Positions 1 to 9,598 of a DNA stretch of 36,164 nucleotides are shown in pieces. The notes under the pieces are model-generated. The model made no database searches. It was given only the letters and a program-made list of their open reading frames with translations, and had not been told where the DNA came from. The first letter of the stretch is position 1. Every line of letters starts with the position of its first letter. The translations under genes were made by a program, and so were the position numbers. This stretch comes from Planctomycetota bacterium (GTDB lineage: Bacteria > Planctomycetota > B15-G4 > JADJEK01), in NCBI GenBank assembly GCA_044225365.1, contig JBGAIQ010000054.1:1-36164 (forward strand), written 5' to 3'.

Positions 1-15
1 GCGCAGTCGTCTCGC

Positions 16-1680
16 TCACGGCGTCAGCTTGATCGAAAGCGAATGCGTCGCGTACGAGATCGCCCCATTGGCGTTCACCTCGACTGCGGCGAAGTGGAGC
101 GCAAGCCCGACCGCGCTCGGAGGCAGCACGCCGCCCCCGAGACTGAACGTCGGCGCCGCTTTGCCGGAGGCGTCGAGCGTGCCTTGGAACTTGTCGAGTA
201 CCGGCGAGTTCACGAAGCTGAGCGACGCGGTCGTGACTGCATCGGGCACGAGGGGGATGTGCACCGCGCCACCCGCGTAGGGCACGTCGATGCCCGGGGT
301 CGTGCCGGTCGCCGAGACGAGCACCACGTAGTTCCGATTCGCCGAGAGCTTCCCGCAATCGATCTCCATCGGGATCGAGCCGCCGAGCGCTGCCGAGAGA
401 GTCGTCGCTCCGAGCGAGCGCAGCGACAGGTGGTGGTAGAGGTGGATGTACCCCGGCGCCTGGCCCGGAGCGGAGCACAGGATCTCGGCGAATCCGTCGT
501 GGTCGAAGTCGACGACGGAGACGTCTTTCCCGTGCAGCACCTGCGAGCCCGCGCCAAGAAAATCCTGCTTGAGGGTGAAGTCAGGTCCGTAGGCGATGCG
601 AAGGCCTCCGGACAATGACATCAGGCCGTTGTTCACGTTCTCGTCGCCTCCGACGATGTCGGGATTTCCGTCGCGGTTGACGTCGCCGATCTCGAAGGTG
701 CGATTGAATCCACTAAGAACCGACTCGGCGGGACCTGCGACCGGCTTGGTGATTACGTACGCCGGTCCATAGGCGATCGCCGCGCAGGGGTAAGTCTTGT
801 TGCCGTTTCCTATCGTCCATGCCCCCAACACCAGGTCCTTGATCCCGTCGCTGTTGACGTCGGACAACCGGAAGTGCTCGGAGTATTCATAGGTCGGTTG
901 GGGCGTCGTTTGTTGAAAGGTCTGGACCGAATACGGGCTGCCGCCCCTTAGTAAGCCCAATACGTACGGCACCTGCGGCGGATTTGTAATGATCTGCGCC
1001 GTAAGCAAGTCCACCGAGCCGTCCTGGTCGAGGTCAGCCGCGAGGATGCCGTTGCCCCAGCGGCTCTGGGGAGCGACGATCATGTTCGGGTCTTGGGGAA
1101 GGAGCGTCGCCACCGGCGGCTGGTCGAACCCGACTTCCTGCGCAAAAACGTCCATGCGGCCTTTCGCCTTGTTGAGTGGCGACCCGACCACGAGGTCGAG
1201 CGTGCCGTCGCCCGTGTAGTCCATCACCTCGAGGCTCCATCCTGGAAGTTGCACGTACCCAGGGTCTGCCGGGACCAACGGAACGTGCACGAGGGACGCA
1301 AGACTCGGCCCATAGGCCACCGCCACTCCAGCGAAGCCGCTTACGACGATGTCGTCGAATCCGTCCGCGTTCAGGTCACGGACCACGAGTTCCAGTTGCC
1401 CAATCTTCTGACCAGGCATGGAGTCCCACGGACCGAACTGAACGATGCTCGTGAACGCCGGGCCATAGGCCACGGCCACGCCGCCCGCATCGGAGAAGGC
1501 GGTCGGCGACGTGGCGACGATGTCGAGCGCTCCGTCGCCGTTGATATCGCCGAGATCCATCTGCCATCCGAAGTGGGACAGGAAGTAAGGCGACTGCAGC
1601 TTCGTGATCTGAAACGTCGTTTGTGCCCCGAGCGAACGGACGACGATGATGAGAGCGAATGCGAAAGTCGTGCGACGCAT
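16..1680 (-). CDS. Secreted FG-GAP/VCBS repeat (integrin-alpha-like beta-propeller) protein with a C-terminal beta-rich domain
   Basis: Signal peptide MRRTTFAFALIIVVRSLGA. About 7 Ca-binding D-x-[ND]-x-D-G-x-x-D repeats (GDINGDGALD, DLNADGFDD, DYTGDGTLD, DLDQDGSVD, DVNSDGIKD, DVNRDGNPD, DFDHDGFAE). GGAG RBS precedes the ATG. Confidence 0.88.
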   Translation of the reverse strand: MRRTTFAFALIIVVRSLGAQTTFQITKLQSPYFLSHFGWQMDLGDINGDGALDIVATSPTAFSDAGGVAVAYGPAFTSIVQFGPWDSMPGQKIGQLELVVRDLNADGFDDIVVSGFAGVAVAYGPSLASLVHVPLVPADPGYVQLPGWSLEVMDYTGDGTLDLVVGSPLNKAKGRMDVFAQEVGFDQPPVATLLPQDPNMIVAPQSRWGNGILAADLDQDGSVDLLTAQIITNPPQVPYVLGLLRGGSPYSVQTFQQTTPQPTYEYSEHFRLSDVNSDGIKDLVLGAWTIGNGNKTYPCAAIAYGPAYVITKPVAGPAESVLSGFNRTFEIGDVNRDGNPDIVGGDENVNNGLMSLSGGLRIAYGPDFTLKQDFLGAGSQVLHGKDVSVVDFDHDGFAEILCSAPGQAPGYIHLYHHLSLRSLGATTLSAALGGSIPMEIDCGKLSANRNYVVLVSATGTTPGIDVPYAGGAVHIPLVPDAVTTASLSFVNSPVLDKFQGTLDASGKAAPTFSLGGGVLPPSAVGLALHFAAVEVNANGAISYATHSLSIKLTP

Positions 1681-1690
1681 GAGCGACTCC

Positions 1691-1918
1691 TCAGTTCAAC
1701 TGGATCGAGGAGAGGCCGTCGAGCGAGTAGTTCCACGGCCGATTCGCATGGGTCTGCGAGCCGACGGCGTACATCGAGTTGCTCGACCGGTTGAAGACGC
1801 CGCAGAACGACGCGTCCCAGAATGGGTCCGCCGGCCAGGACGACGTGACGTCGTCATGGTGGTGGACGAATGCCGATCTCTCCACCTCGAGCATCGCACT
1901 TGGGAGGTTCTGGCTCAT
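1691..1918 (-). other. Possible small ORF or 3' remnant of a gene upstream of the FG-GAP gene
   Basis: The C-terminal part of track ORF 1691..2086 reads as protein-like (WPADPFWDASFCGVFNRSSNSMYAVGSQ). Its TGA abuts the RBS of the next gene (TGAGGAGTCGCTCATG). The N-terminal part looks non-coding. Confidence 0.3.
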
Positions 1919-2122
1919 GATCGCGGTGCGTCCTTGGTCCCCGACATCATTAGCGTACCACGCTGATGCCGGTCCGTTGCGTCTCACCACGCGTCGCTGC
2001 GTCGTCGTGAGGGGTTCGTCAAGGCGACTGCGAATCCGGACGCGGTGAGCTCGAAGGACAGGGGTCAGAGGGTCCGCTCCGCACATCGGAGTTGGGGATC
2101 CGCGCGTTGCGAATGGCCTCGG

Positions 2123-3109
2123 TCAGTTCCCCGAGCCGAGCCCCATCGCCTCGACGATCCAAACGGGTCGCGTCCGATCCGACGCCGATAGGCTGTGTCC
2201 GCGCACGCCAAAGCGCCAGTTCGGGAAGTAGCTGAGACTGCGTAGCCGCTTGTCGTAGGCCTCGAGATCGACGCCTTGATCCGCCGGAGTCTGCACCGCG
2301 TACGCCTCGCTCTTGATGAGGTCGAGATCGAGCGGGCAGCGGAAGAGCACCGTTTCGATCGGCGTGACCACGTACTCCCACACGCCCGCGACGATTCCGC
2401 CGACGACGGCGCCGCCCACCGCGCCGACGAACGACCCGGCGCCGACGTAGAAGAAGTCCTCGAACGCGCCGTCGCCGCGACGGAATCCCTCGCGCGCGCC
2501 GAGCGCGGCGCCGACCGCCGCGCCGCCCATCACGAGCCCGTTCGCCGCATTGATCTGGTTGTCGCCAAGCCGCTCCACCTGCAGGCCCCCGCGATTCAGC
2601 AGCGTGAACGGCGTGTCGAGGAGGTCGCGCCAGAAGCCCCAGAGCGGATACGTGACGCCGAGGAAGAGGCTCGGGTCCTCGTTCTCGAGCGGAGCGGTGG
2701 GACACTCGACGCGACGCAGACGCAGATTGAGGGGCATGCGTTCATCCGGCTCGCCCGGACGATCGACCACCAATGTGAGCCGCGCGTCGTAGCTCTCCCC
2801 CGCCTTGAAGTCGATCGGAACCTGCACCGCGAACTCGTGCCGATGGAAGAGGTTTCGAAATTCCCTGAGGCGCTTCCCATTCGGCCCGAGCACCGTCACG
2901 CGCGCTGGCCGCTCGCCGCTGGCATCCGGCCGATCCTCGACGACTCGCAGACGCGGCTCGCTCGATTTGTAGGGCGTCTCGACGTATTCGACCGTGAAGC
3001 CCTCGCCATCGACGAGCGTGGGCTGGGGAGGCGTCGTCAGCATTTGCGGACCGGAACAGCCGAGAGGGAAGCCACACATCGCGATGACGACGAGCTGGAA
3101 GCGTTTCAT
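2123..3109 (-). CDS. Hypothetical lipoprotein with a glycine-zipper membrane segment
   Basis: MKRFQLVVIAMCGFPLGC lipobox-like signal; GxxxG runs GGAAVGAALG and GAGSFVGAVGGAVVGGIVAG; AGGA RBS upstream. Confidence 0.75.
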   Translation of the reverse strand: MKRFQLVVIAMCGFPLGCSGPQMLTTPPQPTLVDGEGFTVEYVETPYKSSEPRLRVVEDRPDASGERPARVTVLGPNGKRLREFRNLFHRHEFAVQVPIDFKAGESYDARLTLVVDRPGEPDERMPLNLRLRRVECPTAPLENEDPSLFLGVTYPLWGFWRDLLDTPFTLLNRGGLQVERLGDNQINAANGLVMGGAAVGAALGAREGFRRGDGAFEDFFYVGAGSFVGAVGGAVVGGIVAGVWEYVVTPIETVLFRCPLDLDLIKSEAYAVQTPADQGVDLEAYDKRLRSLSYFPNWRFGVRGHSLSASDRTRPVWIVEAMGLGSGN

Positions 3110-3263
3110 GCATCCGTCCTCTGAAATGAGCCGATGCCCACCGGCCGCGAGACGGCGGTCGAGAGACGCGGGCGGTCGCGATCGAACGCGATTTCGCGCA
3201 GGACTCTCCGATTCACTCTACCGACAGGTCTGGAATTCCATCCCGCGCAAGGTGGCGCGTGAT

Positions 3264-3959
3264 TCATCGCGAATGCGGCTCGAGCCGCATCACGATCTCC
3301 ATCGAATGCCTCTCGCCCGGCTCGTTCTCCGTCGCATCGATCTCGATATTGGCTTGGATGCGTTGTTCCTCGGCGCCACTCTGGGATCTCGACCAAGTCA
3401 ACCCGTCGTCCGCGGGACGTCCGTACGGGATCCGCTCATCGAAGACCTGCGCGAAATAGGCCGGCCCCTTGAAATGCACGAGGATTCGAGCGGACTCGCC
3501 TCCGGGCCCGGGCGCCCGTCGTTCGTCGACGAACGCCGCCTCGATGATGCACTCTCCGCCCTGATGCGCGGAGGGGTCGATCACGAACAGCCCTGCCTTA
3601 CCGGCGATCGGGTCGGCTCGCATCGTGCGGTACTTCACGTTGTTCTCGTCGCGAGCGCTCTTCGCGGGATCCTTCAAGGTCGTCTCGATCCAATAACGCC
3701 GCGACCCGATCGGATAGGGTTCTCCGTCCTTCATCAGCTCGCAGACGAGATCCTCGGACTCGGCCGGCGTCACCTGCACCTGGTTCCATGCCTCGAGGCC
3801 GAGGATCTTCGGAAGGAGCAGGCTCGATCCGGCGGGCGAACGGGTCATGAATCTTCGCGGTCCATCCCCGGCCGGAGGGGTCCGGTCACACTGCGTGAGC
3901 GCGGCCAACAGGACGATCGTCCAGCCCCGCGCGACTCCTCGACGACTTCGAAACCTCAT
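3264..3959 (-). CDS. Hypothetical exported protein, probably a lipoprotein
   Basis: Start moved to the ATG at 3959 (MRFRSRRGVARGWTIVLLAALTQC), which has an AGGGAG RBS. Basic N-terminus, hydrophobic stretch, then Cys. The upstream part of the track ORF overlaps tatD. Confidence 0.65.
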   Translation of the reverse strand: MRFRSRRGVARGWTIVLLAALTQCDRTPPAGDGPRRFMTRSPAGSSLLLPKILGLEAWNQVQVTPAESEDLVCELMKDGEPYPIGSRRYWIETTLKDPAKSARDENNVKYRTMRADPIAGKAGLFVIDPSAHQGGECIIEAAFVDERRAPGPGGESARILVHFKGPAYFAQVFDERIPYGRPADDGLTWSRSQSGAEEQRIQANIEIDATENEPGERHSMEIVMRLEPHSR

Positions 3960-4003
3960 CGTTCCGCGCTCCCTGTTCTTGGCTTTCACTCGCCCGAACG
4001 ATA

Positions 4004-4807
4004 TCACCCCGGCAGGCGGAACAGCGCACGGGCGTTCGCCGTCGTGATTCGCGCGAGTTCCTCGAAGGGCACGCCCTTCAGTTCCGCGAGTCGCCGCGCG
4101 GTGTGCAGGACGAAGGACGGTTCGCAGCGACGCACCTTGCGGTTCGGCTCGGGGGAGAGGAACGGCGCGTCGGTCTCGACGAGTGCGCGATCGAGGGGCG
4201 TGACGTTCGCGGCGTCGCGCACGTTCTGCGCGGTCTTGAAGGTGAGGATCCCCGAGAACGAGATGTGGAACCCGCGGTCGAGATATCGCTTCGCGTGCCC
4301 GACGTCCCCCGTGTAGCAATGGATCACGCCGCGCTCGCAACGCGTCTCTTCGAGGATCTCCGCCACGTCGTCGTAGGCGCCGAGCCGCCCGTCTTGGTCG
4401 CGGATGTGGACGATGAGCGGCACGTCGAGCTCGCGCGCGAGCCGGGCATGGCGTGTGAACGAGATCCGCTGGCGTTCGGGCGGCACGCTGTCGCGATAGT
4501 AGTCGAGGCCCGTCTCACCGACGGCGATCGCGGACGCGTTCCGCAGCCGCCCCTCGATATCCGCGAACCATTCCTGCCAGTTCTCCGGAAGATCGTTCGG
4601 ATGCAGCCCGGCGGTCGGGAAGATGTTCTCGAATCGATCCGCGATCGCGCGCGCCTTGGCCGCAGACTTCGGATCGGTCGCGACGCAGACGGCCTGCGCG
4701 ACGCCGGCGGTCGCCATGCGGCCGACGACGTCGTCGAGATCGGCGTCGAAATCGGACCAGGTCAGGTGACAATGACTGTCGACGAGCGGAAGATCGATCG
4801 GGTGCAT
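4004..4807 (-). CDS. tatD: TatD family metal-dependent DNase
   Basis: Motifs DSHCH, GLHP, GETGLDYY, VHIR, IHCYTG, ETDAPFL. Start placed at ATG 4807 (MHPIDLPLVDSHCH). Confidence 0.95.
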   Translation of the reverse strand: MHPIDLPLVDSHCHLTWSDFDADLDDVVGRMATAGVAQAVCVATDPKSAAKARAIADRFENIFPTAGLHPNDLPENWQEWFADIEGRLRNASAIAVGETGLDYYRDSVPPERQRISFTRHARLARELDVPLIVHIRDQDGRLGAYDDVAEILEETRCERGVIHCYTGDVGHAKRYLDRGFHISFSGILTFKTAQNVRDAANVTPLDRALVETDAPFLSPEPNRKVRRCEPSFVLHTARRLAELKGVPFEELARITTANARALFRLPG

Positions 4808-4824
4808 CCCGTTCCAGGATACCG

Positions 4825-5493
4825 ATGAGCCCGCAGAAGCCGCTACGGAAGGTCGACACGGCCGCGATCGTTCTGCTCGGTGGTCGCAGTTCGCGCATGG
4901 GGAGCGACAAGGCCAGCCTCGATTTCCACGGCGAGACGCTCGCCGCGCGCGTCGTGAAGCGAGCGCTCGTCGCGACGGCGCGGGTCGTCGCGGTCGCCAG
5001 CATCGACCAGGACCTGCTCCAGCTTCGTCTCCCCAACGAAGTCGCCGTGGTCCGGGACGCCGCGCCCTTCGAAGGCCCCCTCTTCGGATTCGCGACGGGT
5101 CTCGCCGCACTCCCTCCGGAGACGACGGCCGTCGCACTGCTCTCCGTCGATCTGCCCCATCTCGAACCCACGATCCTCACCCGCATGTTCGAGCGGCTCG
5201 AGGACCGCGACGCCGTCGTGCCCGACGTCGAAGGTCGCCTCCATCCGCTCGTCGCCGTCTACGCAACCCGCGGCGGCGCACTACGGGACACGATCGCCTC
5301 ACTCCTCGCGCGCGGCGAAAGAGCGATGACGAAGCTCCTGCGCGGTCTCGCGGTGCGGTACTCGACGGCGAGCGAATTCACCGATCTCGATCCACGGCTC
5401 GCATCGTTCTTCAACGTGAACACTCCTTCGGACTATGCTCGTGCGCTCGCTCCGTTCCCCGCGGACGCGCGCAGAGCGAACGAGGACCGATGA
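4825..5493 (+). CDS. mobA: Molybdenum cofactor guanylyltransferase
   Basis: LLGGRSSRMGSDKA N-terminal motif, GPLFG, SVDLP, HPLVAVY, FFNVNTPSDY. Confidence 0.92.
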   Translation: MSPQKPLRKVDTAAIVLLGGRSSRMGSDKASLDFHGETLAARVVKRALVATARVVAVASIDQDLLQLRLPNEVAVVRDAAPFEGPLFGFATGLAALPPETTAVALLSVDLPHLEPTILTRMFERLEDRDAVVPDVEGRLHPLVAVYATRGGALRDTIASLLARGERAMTKLLRGLAVRYSTASEFTDLDPRLASFFNVNTPSDYARALAPFPADARRANEDR

Positions 5494-7292
5494 CCGGCGA
5501 GTCGCAGATCGAACCCGAGGAGACGAGCGCCGAGGCGAAGCGGAAAGCGAGCTGGTCCTACAGCTATCGCTTGTGGCGTCGCTTCGCGCGATGGCTCGCA
5601 CCCGATCGCAGTCTCGGGCTCACCGTTCTCCTGCTACTCGTCGTCGCGGTGCCCGCGGGCGTCGTGTCCCCGGAGCTCGTGCGTCGGGTGTTCGACGACG
5701 CACTGCCGAAGAAGGACGTGGAGCAGCTCCTCCGGCTCGGTCTCGGCATCGTCGCGATCACGCTCGTCGCGCATCTCCTTCGACTCGTGGCCGCCCAGCT
5801 CGGTGCCACGCTGAAGTCCCGCGTGCGTCAGCGCATCGCGGGCGAGCTCTTCTCGCACGTGATGCGTTTGCCGCTGTCGTATTTCTCGCAGAACGAGACG
5901 GGCTACATCATGGGCCGCATCCGCGACGACGTGCGCGCACTCGACGCGCTCATGACGGACACGCTCGCGCAGTCCGCCGTCGACGCCGGGCGCGCCGTCC
6001 TGTTCTTCTCGCTGCTCCTGTTCACCGATCGCGGCCTCGCGCTGTCGGGGCTCTCGATGTTCGCGCTCGTCGTCATCGGCGTCCTGCTCTTCAACCCCGC
6101 GCTCCGGGCTCGCAGTCGGAAGGCGCAGGAATCGGAAGCCGAGCTGAATGCCGCACTGCATCAGGCGCTCACCGGCATCTTCACCGTGCGTGAGAGCGCG
6201 CAGGAAACGACCGAGGATCGTCGGTTCGGCACGTACCTGAGCAAGGCCGTCGCGGCGTTCCTGTCGCGCGATCGCATGCACGTGATGATCTCCTACGTGA
6301 TCGGTCTCGCTCTCGCACTCGGCACCTACGTCATCCTCACGATCGGCGCATTTCGGATCCTGCGCGGAACGGCCACCGTCGGCACGCTCTTCCAGTTCTC
6401 GATCTACCTCACCTACGTGATGGGCGCGGTGACTTCGCTCATCGGCATGAACCCCGCGATCCAGCACGCGATCGTCTCATTGGAGCGCATCTTCAAGATC
6501 CTCGACGATCCCACGGAATCGCAGCCGAAGGAGCCGGTCGCGATCCCCCCGGGCGGACTGCGAGGACGCATCGAGTTCGACCACGTCTCGTTCGCTTACG
6601 ACTCGGACAAGGAGGCGTTGATCGATATCAGCTTGAAGATCGAGCCCGGCGAGAGCGTCGCGCTGGTGGGACGCAGCGGCGCGGGCAAGACGACGTTCGT
6701 CCACCTCGTTCCGCGGCTGCGCGATCCGACGCGTGGCGTCGTGCGAATCGATGGCGTCGATGTCCGCGACTACGACCTCACCGCGATGCGATCGCAGATC
6801 GGGTTCGTCCCGCAGGACGTCTTCCTATTCCATCGCTCGATCCGCGAGAACATCGCGTATGGCCGGCCCGACGCGACCGACGCGGAGATCCGCGCGGCGG
6901 TCGTCGCGGCGCACGTCGACGTCTTCACGGACGCCCTGCCGAAAGGACTCGACACGCTCGTCGGCGAACGCGGAGTGAAGTTGTCGGGCGGCGAACGCCA
7001 GCGCGTCGCGATCGCACGCGAGATCCTGCGCGACCCGCCGATCCTCATCCTCGACGAAGCGACGTCGTCGCTCGACTCGCACAGCGAGCAACTCATTCGC
7101 GACGCGATCGAGAAGCTGAAGCGCAACCGAACGTGCATTCTCATCGCCCATCGACTGTCGACCGTCGTCGGCGCGGACCGCATCGTCGTCCTCGATCAGG
7201 GACGGATCGTGGAGAGCGGCTCGCATCACGGTCTCGTCGCGAAGAACGGTGCGTACGCACAGCTCGTCGCCGCCGCTCGGCTCCTGGATTGA
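5490..7292 (+). CDS. MsbA-like ABC exporter, fused permease and ATPase
   Basis: N-terminal transmembrane domain; Walker A GRSGAGKT, Q-loop VPQD, signature LSGGERQR, Walker B ILDEATSSLD, H-loop IAHRLST. ATGA overlap with mobA. Confidence 0.95.
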   Translation: MTGESQIEPEETSAEAKRKASWSYSYRLWRRFARWLAPDRSLGLTVLLLLVVAVPAGVVSPELVRRVFDDALPKKDVEQLLRLGLGIVAITLVAHLLRLVAAQLGATLKSRVRQRIAGELFSHVMRLPLSYFSQNETGYIMGRIRDDVRALDALMTDTLAQSAVDAGRAVLFFSLLLFTDRGLALSGLSMFALVVIGVLLFNPALRARSRKAQESEAELNAALHQALTGIFTVRESAQETTEDRRFGTYLSKAVAAFLSRDRMHVMISYVIGLALALGTYVILTIGAFRILRGTATVGTLFQFSIYLTYVMGAVTSLIGMNPAIQHAIVSLERIFKILDDPTESQPKEPVAIPPGGLRGRIEFDHVSFAYDSDKEALIDISLKIEPGESVALVGRSGAGKTTFVHLVPRLRDPTRGVVRIDGVDVRDYDLTAMRSQIGFVPQDVFLFHRSIRENIAYGRPDATDAEIRAAVVAAHVDVFTDALPKGLDTLVGERGVKLSGGERQRVAIAREILRDPPILILDEATSSLDSHSEQLIRDAIEKLKRNRTCILIAHRLSTVVGADRIVVLDQGRIVESGSHHGLVAKNGAYAQLVAAARLLD

Positions 7293-7298
7293 CGAGCC

Positions 7299-8357
7299 TC
7301 AGCCCGACTTGGGCGCGAGGCCGAAGCGTTGGAGGCGCTCGCGGATCGTCTTCGCGATCCACGTGTGTCCGATCGCAGTCGGATGGAATGGATCCTGGAA
7401 GAAGGCCTTCAGAACGGGACTTCCTTCGGCGACGCTCGCCTGGTTCATTCCCGCATCGAGGATCGCAGGAAGATCGATGACGAGGGCCTTCACCTCCGCT
7501 GCCGCCGCGCGCATCGCAGCGTCGTACTTCAGGAGCAGCCCATCGGCGCGATACGCATCGCTGCGCCGCAGGGGCACGACGAAGACCGGTTGCGCGCCGG
7601 AATCGCGGATCGCTTTCGCGAGGGCCTTCACCGCGGAGCCGAGTTCGGGCAACGACACGCGCGAGAGACCGAGCCGATCTGGGGGCGTCGCCGTCGCTCG
7701 TTGCGAGAAGAACGCGTCCTCCAATGTGCGAAGGAGCGTGATGTTCAGGAGCGTGCGGCGGATGCGGAACCACGGGTCCTGGACCATGAGAAGGCGTTCA
7801 CGATCCGTGAATCCGTGCGGCGCGATGCTCGATTCGTTCAACGTCCCGAACTCGACGAGGACGACGTCGGGTCGGTACTTGGCGATCGCTTGCTCGTAGC
7901 GCGGAACGTCCTGCAGGATGGTGTGACCGGCGCAAGCGAAGTTCAGGAGTTCGACCCCCGCGCCGCCTTCGCGCCACTCGTTCACCATGCGACGCGGCCA
8001 GGTGTCCTTGTCCGGTACTCCGTTGCCGAAAGCCTGCGAGTCCCCGAGCACGACGAAGCGCCGCTTCGCGGTGCGCTCGACGGCCACGTCCTCGCCCCGC
8101 GTCCCGTTCGGGAGGATCGGATCACCCTCGACGACTGCGCCCGGTGCGAGCTCCCACATCCAGACCGGATGGAATCGCAATGCGCTCCGCGGCGAATCGA
8201 ACTGCCGATCGGCCTCGTCGCTCCACAGCACCAGCGGCAGGCGCCGCGGTGGAACTCGTTCGAGCGCGACGATCGCGAGGTTCAACAGCGGTCCAAATAT
8301 CGCCACGAGGAGAGCGACCATCGCCAAGACTCGCGCGAACCAGCGCACGAGCTTCAT
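7299..8357 (-). CDS. Membrane-anchored SGNH/GDSL hydrolase
   Basis: LGDSQAFG (Ser), NFACAG, GTLNE, DPFHP catalytic blocks; N-terminal TM helix. ATG 8357 overlaps the upstream stop (ATGA). Confidence 0.88.
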   Translation of the reverse strand: MKLVRWFARVLAMVALLVAIFGPLLNLAIVALERVPPRRLPLVLWSDEADRQFDSPRSALRFHPVWMWELAPGAVVEGDPILPNGTRGEDVAVERTAKRRFVVLGDSQAFGNGVPDKDTWPRRMVNEWREGGAGVELLNFACAGHTILQDVPRYEQAIAKYRPDVVLVEFGTLNESSIAPHGFTDRERLLMVQDPWFRIRRTLLNITLLRTLEDAFFSQRATATPPDRLGLSRVSLPELGSAVKALAKAIRDSGAQPVFVVPLRRSDAYRADGLLLKYDAAMRAAAAEVKALVIDLPAILDAGMNQASVAEGSPVLKAFFQDPFHPTAIGHTWIAKTIRERLQRFGLAPKSG

Positions 8358-9457
8358 CGCGGCGACTCCGACTTGAGCCATCCCCGCCCCAGGACTTCGT
8401 CGCCGAGCCGTTCTGCGTAGAGTTGGTGGCCCTCCGGCGACGGATGGTACGAATCGCGAAAGCGCGGCGACGTCGCCGGATCCGCCTTCACCCCGGGATC
8501 GGCCTCGTCCGCCTCTCGGAAGAGTCGATACACGTCGAGGATCGGAATGGCGTTCTTCGCCGCGACCTCGCGCAAGCGGCTCGTGTACTGCATGAGCTCC
8601 GGGTAGATCGCCTCGGAGTCGGATCGGCGCGGCGGAACGACGAGCAGCAGCCGAGCTCCATCGGCCTTCACGAGGTGATCGAGCTCGATCAGCAACGATT
8701 CGAATTCGTCGAGCGACACTCGTGTCTTCGAACGCACGAGCGACGGGGTGTAGGACTCCCGAGCGCTCGGCGCGAGGACCGACTCCAGCCAGCGCATGGT
8801 TGAGAAACGATCGAGCCAGCGGACGAGGCGCTTCGAGGGCCACGACAGCATCTCGATCTTCTCACGATCCGAAAGCCCCGCCGGCGCGGGCCAATGCTCG
8901 TTGACGGCGCCGACCGCCGCGATCACGACATCGGGATGCCACTGCCTCGCCTTGTCGCGGTAGATCGCGACGGCCTGCGCCGCCGAGAATCCGATGCATC
9001 CGAAGTTGCACACCTCGACCGGGACATTGCGAGCCCGAAGCACCTCCTCGAGTCGATTCGAGAAGCACTCGCTGCTCTTCACCTGGACGCCGAACGTAGA
9101 GCTATCGCCGAGCGTCACGATCCGCGGCGCCGACCCCTTCGCCTTCGGCCTTGCGGGACCGCGCTGACTGTCCTCGTTGATGACCTCGCCTTCGATCGTC
9201 GCGCCGGGCCGAGGCTCCCAGAGCCATCCGCGACTGAGGCGAAAGGCGCCGCCCTCGTCGCGCAGCACGCGATCTTGATCGACCGTCCACACCTGCACCG
9301 CCGGCGCGGGCGGCGGCGCGACGCCCGCCGCCTCGACGATCATCTCGAGGAGGGCAAACGGCCAGAAGCCGAGGACGACGAGGGCCGCGCGGCGGAGGAA
9401 CACTCGCCTTCGCGAGCCCTGCGGCGCACTCGAATTCGGTGATGAGGGTTCCTGCAT
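8354..9457 (-). CDS. Membrane-anchored SGNH/GDSL hydrolase, paralog of the adjacent gene
   Basis: LGDSSTFG, NFGCIG, GAVNE, DSYHP; N-terminal TM helix after RRRVFLRR. Start placed at ATG 9457. Confidence 0.88.
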   Translation of the reverse strand: MQEPSSPNSSAPQGSRRRVFLRRAALVVLGFWPFALLEMIVEAAGVAPPPAPAVQVWTVDQDRVLRDEGGAFRLSRGWLWEPRPGATIEGEVINEDSQRGPARPKAKGSAPRIVTLGDSSTFGVQVKSSECFSNRLEEVLRARNVPVEVCNFGCIGFSAAQAVAIYRDKARQWHPDVVIAAVGAVNEHWPAPAGLSDREKIEMLSWPSKRLVRWLDRFSTMRWLESVLAPSARESYTPSLVRSKTRVSLDEFESLLIELDHLVKADGARLLLVVPPRRSDSEAIYPELMQYTSRLREVAAKNAIPILDVYRLFREADEADPGVKADPATSPRFRDSYHPSPEGHQLYAERLGDEVLGRGWLKSESPR

Positions 9458-9598
9458 GACCGGGGCGATTCGGTCCTTCGCATTGATGGATCGCGGGCGT
9501 GTGGAAGCCGCGAACTCTACCACACGAACTCGCGCACGGCGGACAACTCGCAAGCCTCCGCGACCTGAACAGTCGGAGCGTCTCGCCCGGTTGTTCCG

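Noticed and set aside
5490-7292. ABC exporter as part of a RiPP/bacteriocin system
   Set aside because: No C39 peptidase domain, precursor peptide or modification enzyme nearby.
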